DNA of 63,001 nt, the filler included, from Choristocarpus tenellus KU-1152 (lineage: Eukaryota > Protista > Phaeophyceae), in the NCBI GenBank assembly GCA_964200185.2. It is 10 parts of 10 records of this genome, joined end to end, with 100 filler letters (N's around TTAATTAATTAA, not from the genome) between each part and the next. Parts side by side here need not be neighbours in the genome. Positions count along the whole stretch, not along the records: positions 7,443 to 16,603 come from CAXNAD020003930.1; positions 16,704 to 20,584 come from CAXNAD020017396.1; positions 20,685 to 27,829 come from CAXNAD020006620.1; 7 more parts are not named here. One strand, 5' to 3'. The notes under the pieces were generated by a model. The model saw only the letters and a list, made by a program, of their open reading frames with translations. It made no database searches and had not been told where the DNA came from. Position 1 is the first letter of the stretch. The number at the start of each line of letters is the position of its first letter. Shown one piece after another: positions 12,277 through 25,021 of this stretch. The translations under genes were made by a program, and so were the position numbers.

Positions 12277-12801
12277 AAGAAGAGGCGACATAGAAGATTC
12301 AGAAAGCAACATTGCTATGAACGCTTGGCTGCCACAAGTCAGTTATCCTTGTGGTAAGCTTTTCTGACAATTCTAGCTTGAAATCCGAAAGAACTAAGAG
12401 ATCCATGCTTTCACAGTTGGTATTCGTACTGAAAATAAAAAAACAAGATACCTTTTTACCCCTTGTTTGACTTGAGATTTCTGTCCTCATTGAGCTAATC
12501 TTAGGGCACCTGTGTTATCGTTTAACAGATGGGCCATGTTCGATTAGACTCTTCCAACTCTATCGGACAGTTACGGTAAAATATGTATGGAGTAATGGAA
12601 TAATCAATTAGTGGTTGAGTTATCAGAACCTTTTTACTAGTGAATAGTTGAATGATAATGTTTCTCATGTAAAAGGAAATATTCCTGATTTTTGGCGCCT
12701 TGCATGCCCCACCTAATTTAATCAATCACTCTACAGACACCAAGCAATCTCGCTGGGTGTATCACCTTTACCCTCTTTGATGATTTTGGGGATACTCTAA
12801 C

Positions 12802-13820
12802 ATGTTCAAGTGGAAGAGTGACCCTATTGGAATGTTTAATGGGGCTAAGGCTAACCCTAGGTTAGTTGCTCAGGGTTTTGGTCAGGAGTATGGTCTTGAT
12901 TATTTCGAGACCTCTGCCCCCACTCCTTCCCCCTCATTAGTTAGGCTGATGGCCAGTATGGCATGTGAGTTGGACTTGCCTTGGTGGCACCTAGATGTGG
13001 AGCAGGTATTTGTTCAATCTGACTTGGATGAGGAATTGTACATGCGCCTCCGACAGGGATGTGGAGATCTCTCCTATACGACCGTATGCCTTCACAGGTC
13101 CCTGTATGGTTTATATCAAGTCTCTAGGACTTGGAATACCAAGCTTGTTTCCACCCTTAAGCGTAATGAGTTTGAGTAGTGTCTGATTGACCCGTGTGTA
13201 TTTAGACTCAGGAGGGATGGTGTTGTCAAGATGATGGTTGCCGTTCATGTAGATGATATGATGGTTTTGGCGTCTTGTGATGATTGCAATAGCCTTTGTG
13301 TCTCTCTGAATGAAGAGTTCCCCACCAAAAACCTTGGCCTATTGTCTCAGGTTTCTGGTTGCATTTATACAAGAGATAGGAAGTGCGGTGCCCTCTCCAT
13401 TACTCAGACTAACTAGGTTGACAATTTGTGTGAACGTTTTTCCATCCAATCAACCACTCCCATCTCCGCAGCCCCGTTCCGAAAGCTTGGAAAGAGGGGG
13501 ACAAGATCTCAAAGGATTGTCCCTTCCGAGAGGCAGTTGGAAGGTTTATGTGGGTCAGCAATATGACCAGGTCAGATGTGGCTAATGCAGTAAGAGCTGT
13601 TGCCCGTCATTTGCATGCTCCGAGCCAAGTACATTGGAGAGCTGTGACCCGGATCCTCAAGTACCTCAAAGAGGCGCGAGAGTTGGGTCTAACCGAACAG
13701 AAAGGCACAATATTGAACTTGATGACCTACGCTGATGCGGATTTTGCCACTGAGTCCTTTGACAGATGTTCTGTATCGGGGGGGGCAGTGATGTGTGGAG
13801 GGGCAGCGGTTGCTGCCTTA
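12802..13820 (+). pseudogene. Copia reverse transcriptase / RNase H start relic
   Basis: FKWK...KA(NP)RLVAQGFGQEYGLDYFET, HLDVEQVF, LHRSLYGL, VHVDDM, TRSDVANAV, YADADFA; stops and frameshifts. Confidence 0.93.
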
Positions 13821-14499
13821 TTTTGGTATGTTATACATGGCCTTTTGGGAAACCTGTCAGTCAAGTAGTGAAAAAATATGCGAGTATGGTCGATATAAAA
13901 GAGAATTGGCAGGAAAACGTCGAAACCTCTCTTGTAGCCTGAAAACTGAGGAGGGAACTTACCCTCTCTTATATCCCATTTACTCTTATATCGACCTCTC
14001 TTCTCTTATATCGGTACAGCCACTAAGATAGTAAAAATAAGTGCTACCAATAGCTCATCCCTCTGCAGCAATCTTGCTTGTATTCACTGCATTGCCACAA
14101 GGAGGGTACAACAATACAAATATCAAATGAAAGCTTATGCTTGGATGTGTTGAAGATTTGTATGTAAGATTGTACTAACTCTGGTGAACGGGAACTATGC
14201 CTCGATCAAAGAATGGAAAAAACGCGAGGGAATATCTCCGGCGCAATTTTGATGGTCACAACCTCAAAAGGTATAAAAATAAAGTAATTTGCAATTTTCC
14301 GTAAAAACCTGATCCTGGTTAGGTCATGTCTCTAAGATGGTGCTTGTGGCAATATCGAAAAAAAAGCAAGACTTCTCTGTCGAGAGGCGACAAAAGAACA
14401 AGTACTGTGTGACGTTCGGTGCGATGTTAGGTGACTAGAGAGTGCGTGTATTGTGGCGTAGTAGCATGATCAAATCGCGCAATGGACCACCCGGCCGCC

Positions 14500-15540
14500 A
14501 CTCTGACGCTGTGAGAGAAGATGCATGGAAAGCATTACCACACAAATTTAGTTGGATCTTCAACCACGTCGGAGCACTGGTCTGGAGTCTCTGGTGCCTC
14601 AGAAAAGCAGGAAGAGAGTGGCGAGTCCATCACCAGGTGGTACAGTGACGAAGTCTGTGGGGAAGCCTGTTCATGGCGTGCGAACGAAAAACCAGAGTGA
14701 CAGGCCGAAGGGAAGGTTGGGGAGGAGAGCAATGTGACTGCACGCCATTGTGCTCAGGAAACGCCTAAGCGAAAACCCAGGTGTAGAATANNNNNNNNNN
14801 CACAAGGGCCCTGAAGCCCAAAAGAGGGCCGAAAGGGCTCGCAAGATGAAGGAGAAGGCGATCGTAACAAAGGAAGCTGTGGAGACTTTTCCTTACCACC
14901 ACATCCCCTACTTCGAAGAGGTCACGAAGCAGGTGGATGTTGCCATCGACAAGGGCGCCAGGAAGAAGAGGAGGCGAGTTTGAGACTATGTGCTTACTGA
15001 TGGTTTGATGTGTCCAACTTCTTGCAAGATGCCGTACATTCGCTTTTGTCACTGGACTTAGGGTTGGACGTACAAAGTTGATTAAGAGTTTCTCACGGCC
15101 TGCATTCGTATAAGAAATCGACACAATTTTCGATCAACTCAAGCAGTCCTTCCGCGCCCTTGCACCTTGATAAAATATCACCCGCCCAGGAAACACGGAT
15201 GATGCCCATTTCCAGTGCTCAACGAGGAAATGTGATAGTAAAGGCTCTAACTGCGAATCCTGTACGTGTGTATGAACGATGGGAAAGCCCGTCAAACAGC
15301 ACTCGAGATGGCAACAGGATATGCAATGGTCAGGTCAGAAACTATGAGTAAATGGGAGAGAGACTTCCTAACTAAGGGCCACATAAAGGTGTCGGAGCAA
15401 GGGCGCGACAAGAGGCGTTTTGTCCTGGGCCTTGACGAGGATATCCTTGCTGAGGTCAAAGAGTGGGTGCGCGAACAAACAGGAAGAAAGAGTGGGGAGG
15501 CTTTTCCCCCGCTTAAACCCTAAACTATAATCAAGTAATA
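14500..15540 (+). pseudogene. Probable N-terminal part of an intron-containing IS630/Tc1-related transposase
   Basis: KWERDFLTKGHIKVSEQGRDKRRFVLGLDEDILAEVKEWVR resembles the HTH-to-linker region of Tc1/IS630-like transposases; TE-like subterminal DNA upstream; no DDE domain visible. Confidence 0.4.
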
Positions 15541-15948
15541 GTGTATCTGTTGCCACTCTTGGTGACCTACAATCCAGGGTTTGAACCTCAATATGACCGC
15601 TCTTTCTTCAAAAAAAGAAAAAAATGGCGAGAATACAACGAAGCCCGTACTCTGGAGGGCATTGTGACGGAAATCACGAATATGCTTCTATTTTTTAAAT
15701 CCGATATCTACATCAAAAGTTTTAGTGGGACAACCCCAGAGGCATAACCTATTGGAGCCACTATATTAATAACAATAATAATAATGGCAGCAACAATACC
15801 AATAGTAACAATAGTGATGATAATGGTTACCATCAAAATACTAATGCAAATAGTATCAATGATAATACTGCTATATACAAACTATAATATTACCAAAAAT
15901 ACTAGCAGTAGAAATACTCCTCTTGTAACAATAATTCAAATAATAGTA

Positions 15949-16574
15949 CTGCCTCCTTTCGGAATTAAATGTAACATAACTTTTGGAAGGTCCGTTCTCG
16001 CGTGGGATCGACCCACGTGATAAAATCTCTGGTCCAGGCTCAGTTCTCTTATAGATTGGGAGGTGTGCAAGTTTGCGAAGGTGGGCTGTCATGATTGTGA
16101 AGGATCACCAGTGCAAAGTCAGCCAAGTCGCATTTGACAGGGTTCAAAAACCTTGTGAAACTGTCAAACACCTAAAGAAAAAATATATGTACCCAGGTTT
16201 TGACCGTTTCGCATTTTATGACACTTTTTTCATCCTTTCCAAGTCGCCCTTGCATCTATGGATGAAATTCTCAGATTGGCTTGAGAGAATTGATTTCTCT
16301 ATTGTTTGAAAACCTTCAACAGCATTCAGAAAAGTCCCTACACGTATTTGTACAAGAAACAAAATTTTGCACATTTGTCAGCATCCTTGAATTGCAACCC
16401 TGAGTACTTCTCATTTACTTTGGCTCAAAGCAGGTGTTTATTGGGATGTCTAGGACGAAGGCCCCCTGTCGTTTGAGCGGCTCACTCATCCTTTCATCGC
16501 TCTCCGTCACAGTTTGCACTCCAATTGGAGGGCACATCTGGATAGTGGTAAAGGGAGGTTGATGAGTATCATTA
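15949..16574 (+). mobile_element. Mariner-like element 5' end
   Basis: TA then ctgcctcctttcggaattaaatg (Stowaway-like TIR); homologous to 31540-31790, including gtgtttattgggatg(t/c)ctaggac. Confidence 0.75.
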
Positions 16575-16603
16575 GGCTCAAAGTATCTGGGAGGGGGTGG
16601 CGG
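16575..16603 (+). mobile_element. MITE family A left end, cut by the contig end
   Basis: ggctcaaagtatctgggagggggtggcgg. Confidence 0.8.
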
Positions 16604-17714
16604 NNNNNNNNNNNNNNNNNNNNNNNNNNNNNNNNNNNNNNNNNNNNTTAATTAATTAANNNNNNNNNNNNNNNNNNNNNNNNNNNNNNNNNNNNNNNNN
16701 NNNGGGGGGGGGGTGATAATTTTTAATCACATACAGCTATTTCATGCGGAACAGAGGACAATTAAGTACTTGGAGTACTATTATCAGGGAGCCTGCAGCG
16801 CAATCAGAGAGTTAAAAAACGATTGCGCTGGAGTGTATCTAAACCTCTGAGGTGGGAATGAGGGTTACTCCACATCAAATTAACCAGTTTAATCAAGCTT
16901 GCTCCGAGCCTCTTCTACATGAATTTGACAATCAAGTTGGGACATGGTACAGGACGTGGCATAATCTATGGGCAGAAATAGTCTGAAATAGTCTGTGCCA
17001 TAGAAGATGGGATCAAAGAATTCAATAGGAAGGAAGCCAGTACTAAGCAAGTTATCAGAGAGAAGTGAACATCCGAATAATGTGATCAAGTCAATAGGCA
17101 CCACCTACCTACCTAGAATACTCGTCCGAATAAAGTTATATAGAAAAAAAAAAATCAATTTCATAGAGTATGAAAGAGAAAAAAGTACACAATGTGGTTT
17201 TGTCTTACACTAAAAAACCTCCAAATCTTCAAAAGCAAAAGAACGATTTCAACAGAGGTCATCTTCAACTCTGATCCAAACCGGTGCCTACCGCTAGAGG
17301 TCAGAGGAAGAGGAAGTAGCACCATGACCTGCAACACTGGAACACTGGAACTAACAACTTAGTTGTTAGTAGCACCATGACCTTCGTTGTTTGAATCGAA
17401 GCAACTCGTGTTTGTTTGAAAAATCAATTGTAAACAATTAAATGCACTCAGTTGAAATCAAAGCGCTGAGCGTCACCTCACTAGGTGATCATCAGGAAGC
17501 GCCAAGAAAGGGTATTGAAGTTTAAATTTGAATTAAAAAAAAAAGAGCACAATCTTAACTGTTCCTCGACTCGAAAATTGACTCAGTTTGATTATGATTA
17601 CAAGTTGAACAATCTGTTGGAAAGAATAAGATCCCCTGCTGTATACTAGACAAGTTGAGTACTCAGGGCAAGCAAAAGAGTAATCATGGAAGAATCACAC
17701 ACACACAGACTTGC

Positions 17715-19629
17715 CTGCACATTGTTGTCCCTCATTACAGAAAAAACTTCAGCCATGACCTCTGACGATTTGCCAACATTAGCAATAAGGCTGATGATGG
17801 ACCTGTAACAAAGGTGCCAGGAAAATTACCACAGCAACTTGTTATGTTTCTGAAGACCATAAAAGAGATGTGCGTTAAGAGTATCTTCAGAAAGATAACT
17901 TCACACTCACCATTGTGGTATTGATATTCATGTCCACTCAAGACCACTTGCATCAATGATATGGTGCAAAGATGCATTTCATGTAACACGTCTTCCAGCT
18001 AACCCACCAAAAGGTTGAGCAATTGTAGGCCTTGAAAAAATCCAAATAAACCGGACCATAGTGACTCACACAGCACCATTACAAACCCTTAATCGATGGA
18101 ACACATGTCAGCAAAGGAGATGATTGAAAAGGACAGTTCTACAGACCCAAATCATACATTCCCCAAGGACAACCTGAGGACTCAAAACCGACATGTTAGA
18201 TAACAACCCATACCAACCCACTCTTATCTGGCACATGTACCACTTGACCACTTACCTGTCATGGTTTTCAGTTACCTCAGCAAAGTCTTGAAGCTCCTCT
18301 AGACACCTAAAACGATGATCACACAATGGTTACTCCTCTAGACCCAATAGTGCGTTCACTTTCACTTGTAGTAATCATTCAACCCGTTAGCAAAACTAAC
18401 TCAACACCACCCCACATCTCTGTGTTCTATGCATATGTATCGTGGTTGAGTTGTTGAGTAACAGTGAAGGAATCATCCACAAAAATGGGACAGTTTGTTA
18501 TGATGCGCAATGGCTCTGGGCCAGTGCATGAGCAATGCTGGTCACTGGAATAGCAGTCTTCGTCCTGTGCCATACGAGGGGCTAAGCGAAACAAGATCTG
18601 GAGAGTAGGGGATGTGCTCAAGTAACTGCAACCACTACAGAGTGCAGCATGTCACTTGCTTGATGAAGCACAAGTCAAACAAAAATCTTCATGAGTTGCT
18701 ACTTTATCAAACATGAGGGATTTATCGATGACAACAGCACCCTAAGTGTCATTATCTCTGCCTTCACTGATAATCAGCAATATCCCATTGCCAAGCCAAA
18801 CCTATCACTCAAAACAAGTACGGTGCTCTATGATATAACATGTATAAGTATGTTCAACACGAAAAAAAAGATTGGATTAAGCATACTTGTACAAGTATTG
18901 TTGTCATTGATATCTTTGTTTCCAAATCCACCACAAGATGAATCTACCCTCGACATGTAACACAATATTGTTACAATGCCTGACATCCAGCCAAACCAAG
19001 CTAAATCAATCCAAATCAACTTTGTTTAGGGTGATGACAACAAAATATTTGCCAAGGCTCACTCACACACAAAACCACAGGGATAAAAAAACTGGATAAA
19101 AAAATTTCTTGGACCGAGTGTGATAAAAAAAAACTGGCAACTGTTGATATTCTTCTGATATCCTTTGGTAACAAACGACCAAAGAGATGATGGCTTCTGA
19201 CACCAATCTCACTTACCAAAAATGGCCTAGGATATGCAACATCCCTGATTTGACCGTCCTTTTTTCTTTCATCATTTATCATGTCACAACTGATGTGTGT
19301 GCAAATGCATTTTTTTTTATTAATTTGAGTCTTTACTGATTAGGGGGGGGTATGCATTACCTGTGTCACAAACTAAGGCATACTACCTCACACGTCTAGA
19401 GATAGTTTAGTAAGGATGAACCATGTTTTTTCTTCCTAATTAGGTTAGTTGCGTAGTTGTGAGGACATCAAGCAATAGCATTGAGGGCTCAATGGTTGTG
19501 GTGTACCTGAGGAGAGAAGTCTTGTCCTGTGCTTGGTCGAGCGTGAGAGATATTGACACCTCTGAGGTTGCCACCATATCAATAGAAAGGGTATTCTCTG
19601 CAAACACACTGAACACCTTGCTCAGAAAC
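17715..19629 (-). CDS. lysC: Aspartate kinase (lysine-sensitive/plant type), ACT-domain exons 19629-19507, 18306-18256, 17802-17715; partial
   Basis: In-frame splice gives FLSKVFSVFAENTLSIDMVATSEVSISLTLDQAQDKTSLLR-CLEELQDFAEVTENHDR-SIISLIANVGKSSEVMAEVFSVMRDNNVQ, matching the plant AK motifs VVATSEVSISLTLD and RSIISLIGNV; exon phases are compatible (2,2,0). Confidence 0.9.
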
Positions 19630-20929
19630 CTGTCCATACAAGCAAGGGTGGTGGCCAAGATTTGAACACAAGATTACGCATGATGTACATTTGAACACAA
19701 GATAGCTTTCACATAAATCTACTCCAAAAGTTCAAATGTTAGACCCTTGGAAGCATCTTCACACTTGACATATTACAACCTGCTCACTGCATATGATGAT
19801 AATGATTAGAGGTCTGCAAGAAACACCTGAGCATGGAAGTGGACTGTCCCACTCATCCATAATGAACCACTCTGCATAGAATGGAAAACAAACACTTAAA
19901 TGTGTCAGGATCCACATCCCCAAGAGGTCTTGACTGAAAAGGGCCACACAGCACACATTTACATACACAATAGGTTACATTTTATTGCACAATGTGCAAG
20001 AGCCTCAAAACAATGACTGCAAATGCTTGATACTGAAGGCAGTATCTAAAAAAAAAAAAAAATGTACCGCTTTTATCACAAACAGATATCCACTACACAC
20101 ACTGAACATAGACTAAAAACATTACAATTCCATACATGAGTTTGTGATGGTGGCGTTTTAGCTTTCAATTTGTGCATCATGTGGTGAACAGGGTGCTAGT
20201 TGGTCACATCAATCTGCACCTTTCTGAACTTGCCTCTACCTCTTATCAATCTCTACCCTACCCACACACGCTTGTAGGCCAGCAGTTAGTTGTATGAGAC
20301 AAATGGGAGCACTCCTTTCATTAACTCTTGAACACTTGAAAGGGCTATTTGCTCACAACATCAAAAGGTCAGTTCTATGAACCTCTGCATACAGATTCTA
20401 ATAAGCTGTCTTGTGAGGGCCAGAGTTCATTGATATCGTCTGGTTCTATGCTAGCAATGCAGACTAAATTGAAAAGTTGACGACTATGCTAACTCCCCTG
20501 AAAGTGGGATCCTACAACTCTGACCACAAGTCAAGGATGGGCAAGCCCAGGTCACCTTCGTATGGAATAGGTCACCCTTGTTGGNNNNNNNNNNNNNNNN
20601 NNNNNNNNNNNNNNNNNNNNNNNNNNNNTTAATTAATTAANNNNNNNNNNNNNNNNNNNNNNNNNNNNNNNNNNNNNNNNNNNNCTTCTTTCCCTCCCTG
20701 CCCGGGCTGTCTAGAGCCTCTCCCCCCAGACCCCCAAGGCACCCTCCCCTGTGGGTGCTCGCTCCACCTCAACTGCATGGTCAGCCTCTGTGAAGATGCC
20801 AACCATTCTTTCACATGCCCCCACTGCAGAACACACTTAACCATTCCCACACTCTTCAATTGCACCTTGTTCTTCAAGTGATTCGCTGGAATGCGTGGAG
20901 GAGAGAAGGATGACTGCAGGTACACAGAC

Positions 20930-22010
20930 AGTCACATAAGCAACATGGGCAACATAATTGTCACATATCTAGGGCCGCATAAAAAACCATGGTATACCCA
21001 GGTACTTTGTGAGGGTGAGTACCTCTTCGCGTATGCCGTCGATTCACCTAGAGGATGTGCTCTTCCTTGTGTGGAGGATGGAGGTATGGAAGCTGAAGGG
21101 TCTGGTGAAGATGCAGAGTCTTCCTTGAAGGTGCAAACAGTGAATCACAACAATGAAGTTGGGTTCATTGCTGGAGGAGGAGGAAGGCCAGCATACCTTG
21201 ACCCACCACGGCATAGATCTATGTTTTGGAGTGTGTGGCTGGTACAGCATTCGACGGGAAGGGGTAAATGATGTCACATGATCCGTGGCAGCTGTTCACG
21301 AGTGCAATGTTATGTATTTTTGTGAGACGCTTTGGTGCAATGAGGAATACTGCCCAGTCCTATGAGGGTGAGAAGAGGCAGCCCAGACAATTTGAGCGGA
21401 ATCAGGTCCTGGCTAGTTGCCTGGACCCCACAGCCAAACTCAATGCGATATTGTTGAGGATGAGGATGGTTGAAACATCTATCGGCAGATGGAGTTGGAA
21501 GTTCTAGGCATTGTGGAGGAGGAGCATAGTGTACAGTAGGGAGAGAATAGTCCAGTGGTGGAACCAAGCCCACATACACCTACTGTATGACATGAGCGGG
21601 GCAGTCGTCCCATAAATGACACAAGGGGTTCGTAAGAGGTTCCCTTGCAATGTTTGGGGGGAGTTCAGCTGGTGGTGGTGGGATGCAGGAACACACACAC
21701 TGTCAGGGAGCACATGGAGGAAGCAATACATGTAGAGGTTGATGTCTTCAAGGTTGCAGGAGGAGGGCTCCCAACAATCGATATGGGCAGTGGAGCTTAC
21801 AAAAACCCACTCAAGTGGTGGAAGGAAAGGAGATCATCATCTGTGTACCTGGCAAGATTTGGCCACTGCAATTTGTACATTCCTGCTACGCAACAAGCAG
21901 ACTCAGACTACATGTTCTCAACAGCTGGGAATATTGCTGCCTAGAAATGAACTGAGGCTGGACCAAGGTTTTGTGAAGCTCCATATAATTCCCTTACAAC
22001 GTCTGGATGA
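20930..22010 (+). pseudogene. hAT transposase C-terminal relic
   Basis: LASCLDP and NPLKWWK...LAR...IPAT...FSTAGN match the hAT dimerisation domain. Confidence 0.8.
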
Positions 22011-22509
22011 AGGTGGATGCATGGGAGGCTGCCAAGAAAAAAGACAAAGGAAAGGATATCGCCTGAAGACTGAATAAGAAGTAACCATGCATAGGCCGCA
22101 CACGCGCTCAAATATACGTAATACATACAAGAGAATGTCTCTCAGACATCGCACCAACGACAGCGAGCATGTAGTAGCTGGGGAAAAAATGAGGATGGAT
22201 ATGAGGAGTAACTCAAAAAGGTTTCGCCTCGGACAGGGCCCCTCACCACCTGCGAGGCCTTTTGCCTCGCGGCGCTGGAAGGCCACCCAGAATTCGGTTA
22301 CAAAAATTCGGTTACACAAATTCGGTTACGCAAAGTCCGTCCGTATATGTGTACGGTTCGATTATGATCAGGTGCATCAAAAAGTGACGAGGTGATTTAA
22401 CCTTCATTTTCGTAGGTCCTTTCAATTCGCAACACAAGGAAGGAGACTTGTATACGTTACATGCTATTTACGGTTGCGTCGCAGTGTGACTCCTGCATAT
22501 TTAGTATCT

Positions 22510-22510
<1 letters not shown>

Positions 22511-22562
<52 letters not shown>

Positions 22563-22589
22563 CGCCGTGTCCCCCCTCCCTTTTTTTTT

Positions 22590-22623
<34 letters not shown>

Positions 22624-22674
22624 TTGGGCTTATATTTTCTAGTCACACATTTGTTTATTCCGCTATTGTGGGAA

Positions 22675-22700
<26 letters not shown>
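22511..22700. repeat. Long poly-T tracts and (CT)n microsatellite
   Basis: Directly visible; likely low-quality homopolymer sequence. Confidence 0.9.
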
Positions 22701-22705
<5 letters not shown>

Positions 22706-23610
22706 TTACATCTTACTGTAGTTGTTGTTGTGTATATTTATTTTACAACTGTGCGTGTATCTGTTTGTGTAGCCCCTTTTTTTTTTTTGTGGGAATAAGT
22801 AACATGTATAATGGCAGTCGTTGGAGGATCTCCACCTTGGCGCCAAATAGTTGCCATATAATCGTGGGGTTGAGGATTTTGAGGTCGATTGGAGATTTCT
22901 GCTAACCAGATACTGTGGAGGATAGGCAGATTGGTAGGATGTTACATGTTATTTTGCACGTATGCCTTTTTTTATAATCCCCTTGTACGTCTGTAAAGTG
23001 TAAAGATGCATAATAATAAGAAATATGTAATGTAATGTACTTGTATCGTTGTGGTTGTGGAGGAAAAATATACACATATTATTATTATTATTATTATTAT
23101 GCCCTCTGACATTATTTGGAGAGAATACGGAATTTTCCTGATTTTGTTGGTGGTGGCAATGAACATCGAAAAAATATATAAATTGGTGGAAAGTGGGGTC
23201 TTAAAGTATATGGTTGGAAAGTGCATTTTATATTTTCTTCCTCGCTTTTTTTTGTCTTCCGTAACAACAAAAAAAACATCTTAAAAAAAGTAATAAAAAG
23301 GTCTCAGCTCGTTCTCATCTTTGCTTTAGAGTATTTCTATTATTTCTATCGTCTTCTCAGCCCATGTTTCGAAAGCACTGAAACGCCCAAAAGAGGCTCC
23401 TTCCTTCCTACTAAATGATACAACACTGTTGATTTTTTTTTTTAATTTCTACTGTTTCTCATAGGAAATATATTTTTTTGTTTTTTTTTCAGCAGGTCAA
23501 ATCGTTTTTTTGGGTTTTTTTTCCCTTCCCTTGGAAAGGAGAGATGCGATTGGGGGAGCGTTCTGAGTGTTTTTGCTGTGTCGTCTTTAAAAAAAAATTA
23601 TATTTCCATT

Positions 23611-23644
<34 letters not shown>

Positions 23645-25021
23645 CATTGCCGTTTGTTGCCTCCTTCAAAGTCCTTCCACCACGAGTTCTACCTCATAAT
23701 CCTCCTGCAAAGTCTAGTCTCCTCATCCAGTCCCCCCTAAAAAAAAAACGATTCTTGCCGCTAGCTCCTCTAACTAACTCCTCTGCATCTTTCGGCTTGC
23801 CGAGAACATCCACCGTGTTGAATATGTCTCCCTTCTCAACATCTTGTCCTCTCCCTTGGTGTACTTCGCCGCCGGCCTCTGGGGCACAGGCAACCACCAC
23901 CTTGCCTCAGGCTGGCGGCGGTGTCCGTCCACCTACAATCCGATCCCAGTTAGGGTTAGGGTCACCATACCACCCCAGCCTTTTTTTTTTTTTGTGGCAT
24001 CCCCCCACATCTGCAGGTGCCTTCTGAGCCCGGCCCTCTCGACCTCTTGCTCTTCTTGTTCTTCATTTCCGAAACTCCTTCTGCAACCTCATTTTAGGAT
24101 TGCCGACAATAATGGTATGTGTCATGATTGAGAATAGTACACACTCCCTATCAAACGAAAATGTTCTGAGGACATTTAAGACCTACTCTGGAGCAGATTA
24201 CCACACCCACCTCGATATCCCTTGCCACTATAGGCATCTACTTCAGGTGCTTTTCCAGAACCATGAGAACCTGTTGCTTCCAAACCACACCATTGACTGC
24301 CACCACCGCTCAGAGCAAGCAGACAGTGTCTGTTGACCTTTGTAGACATGCTCATCCTCAGCTGTCCCATTAACCACTACAGCACTGCTAAACGGTAGCC
24401 ATCCTGAGGGATTTTGAACTCCTTGTCCCGAGACAAACAGAGCATCATGGCTGCTGGCTATCAGCCGCCTCATTCTGGTGCCTGCTCAAGACTTGATCGA
24501 GAACCTCAACAAGCAAGCAGGTCTTCGCTTCGGGAGGAGGGGGGATACCCTCTGTGATGTACCCTCTGTGATGTACCTTGTTTGGGTCATGAATAACTTG
24601 AGATTGACTCTCAGTCGTGAAACCAAACCCTGTCGGACTCGCTTGTCTACACTTCATTTAAATAATATATATGTGTGTATATATATATCCATGTGTGTGT
24701 GTGTGTGTGTATTTCTTTTTCTTTTGCTGTGCTGACCACCACGGGTGCCATCAATATATATATATATATGAAAAGGGGTGCATTGTTTGCATACCAAGAA
24801 ATCGATGCTAAGATTGACGCTGTTTTGTTTGTTTTTTTACAAAAACAGCAGAAATATTTGCTTTACTTGTGGGTGTAGCATTAAGAGCAAGAATCAATGC
24901 CAAAGTGTACTTCAAGATTAGATACTTGATTGCACTGACCGGAGTAATAACGAAATGAAACTGTAACTGCCAGTAACTGACTACTGTGGCGCGGTGACTA
25001 CTGTGGCCAATACTTACTCAG

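Noticed and set aside
22461-22905. Poly-Phe / poly-Lys ORFs
   Set aside because: Translations of homopolymer tracts.
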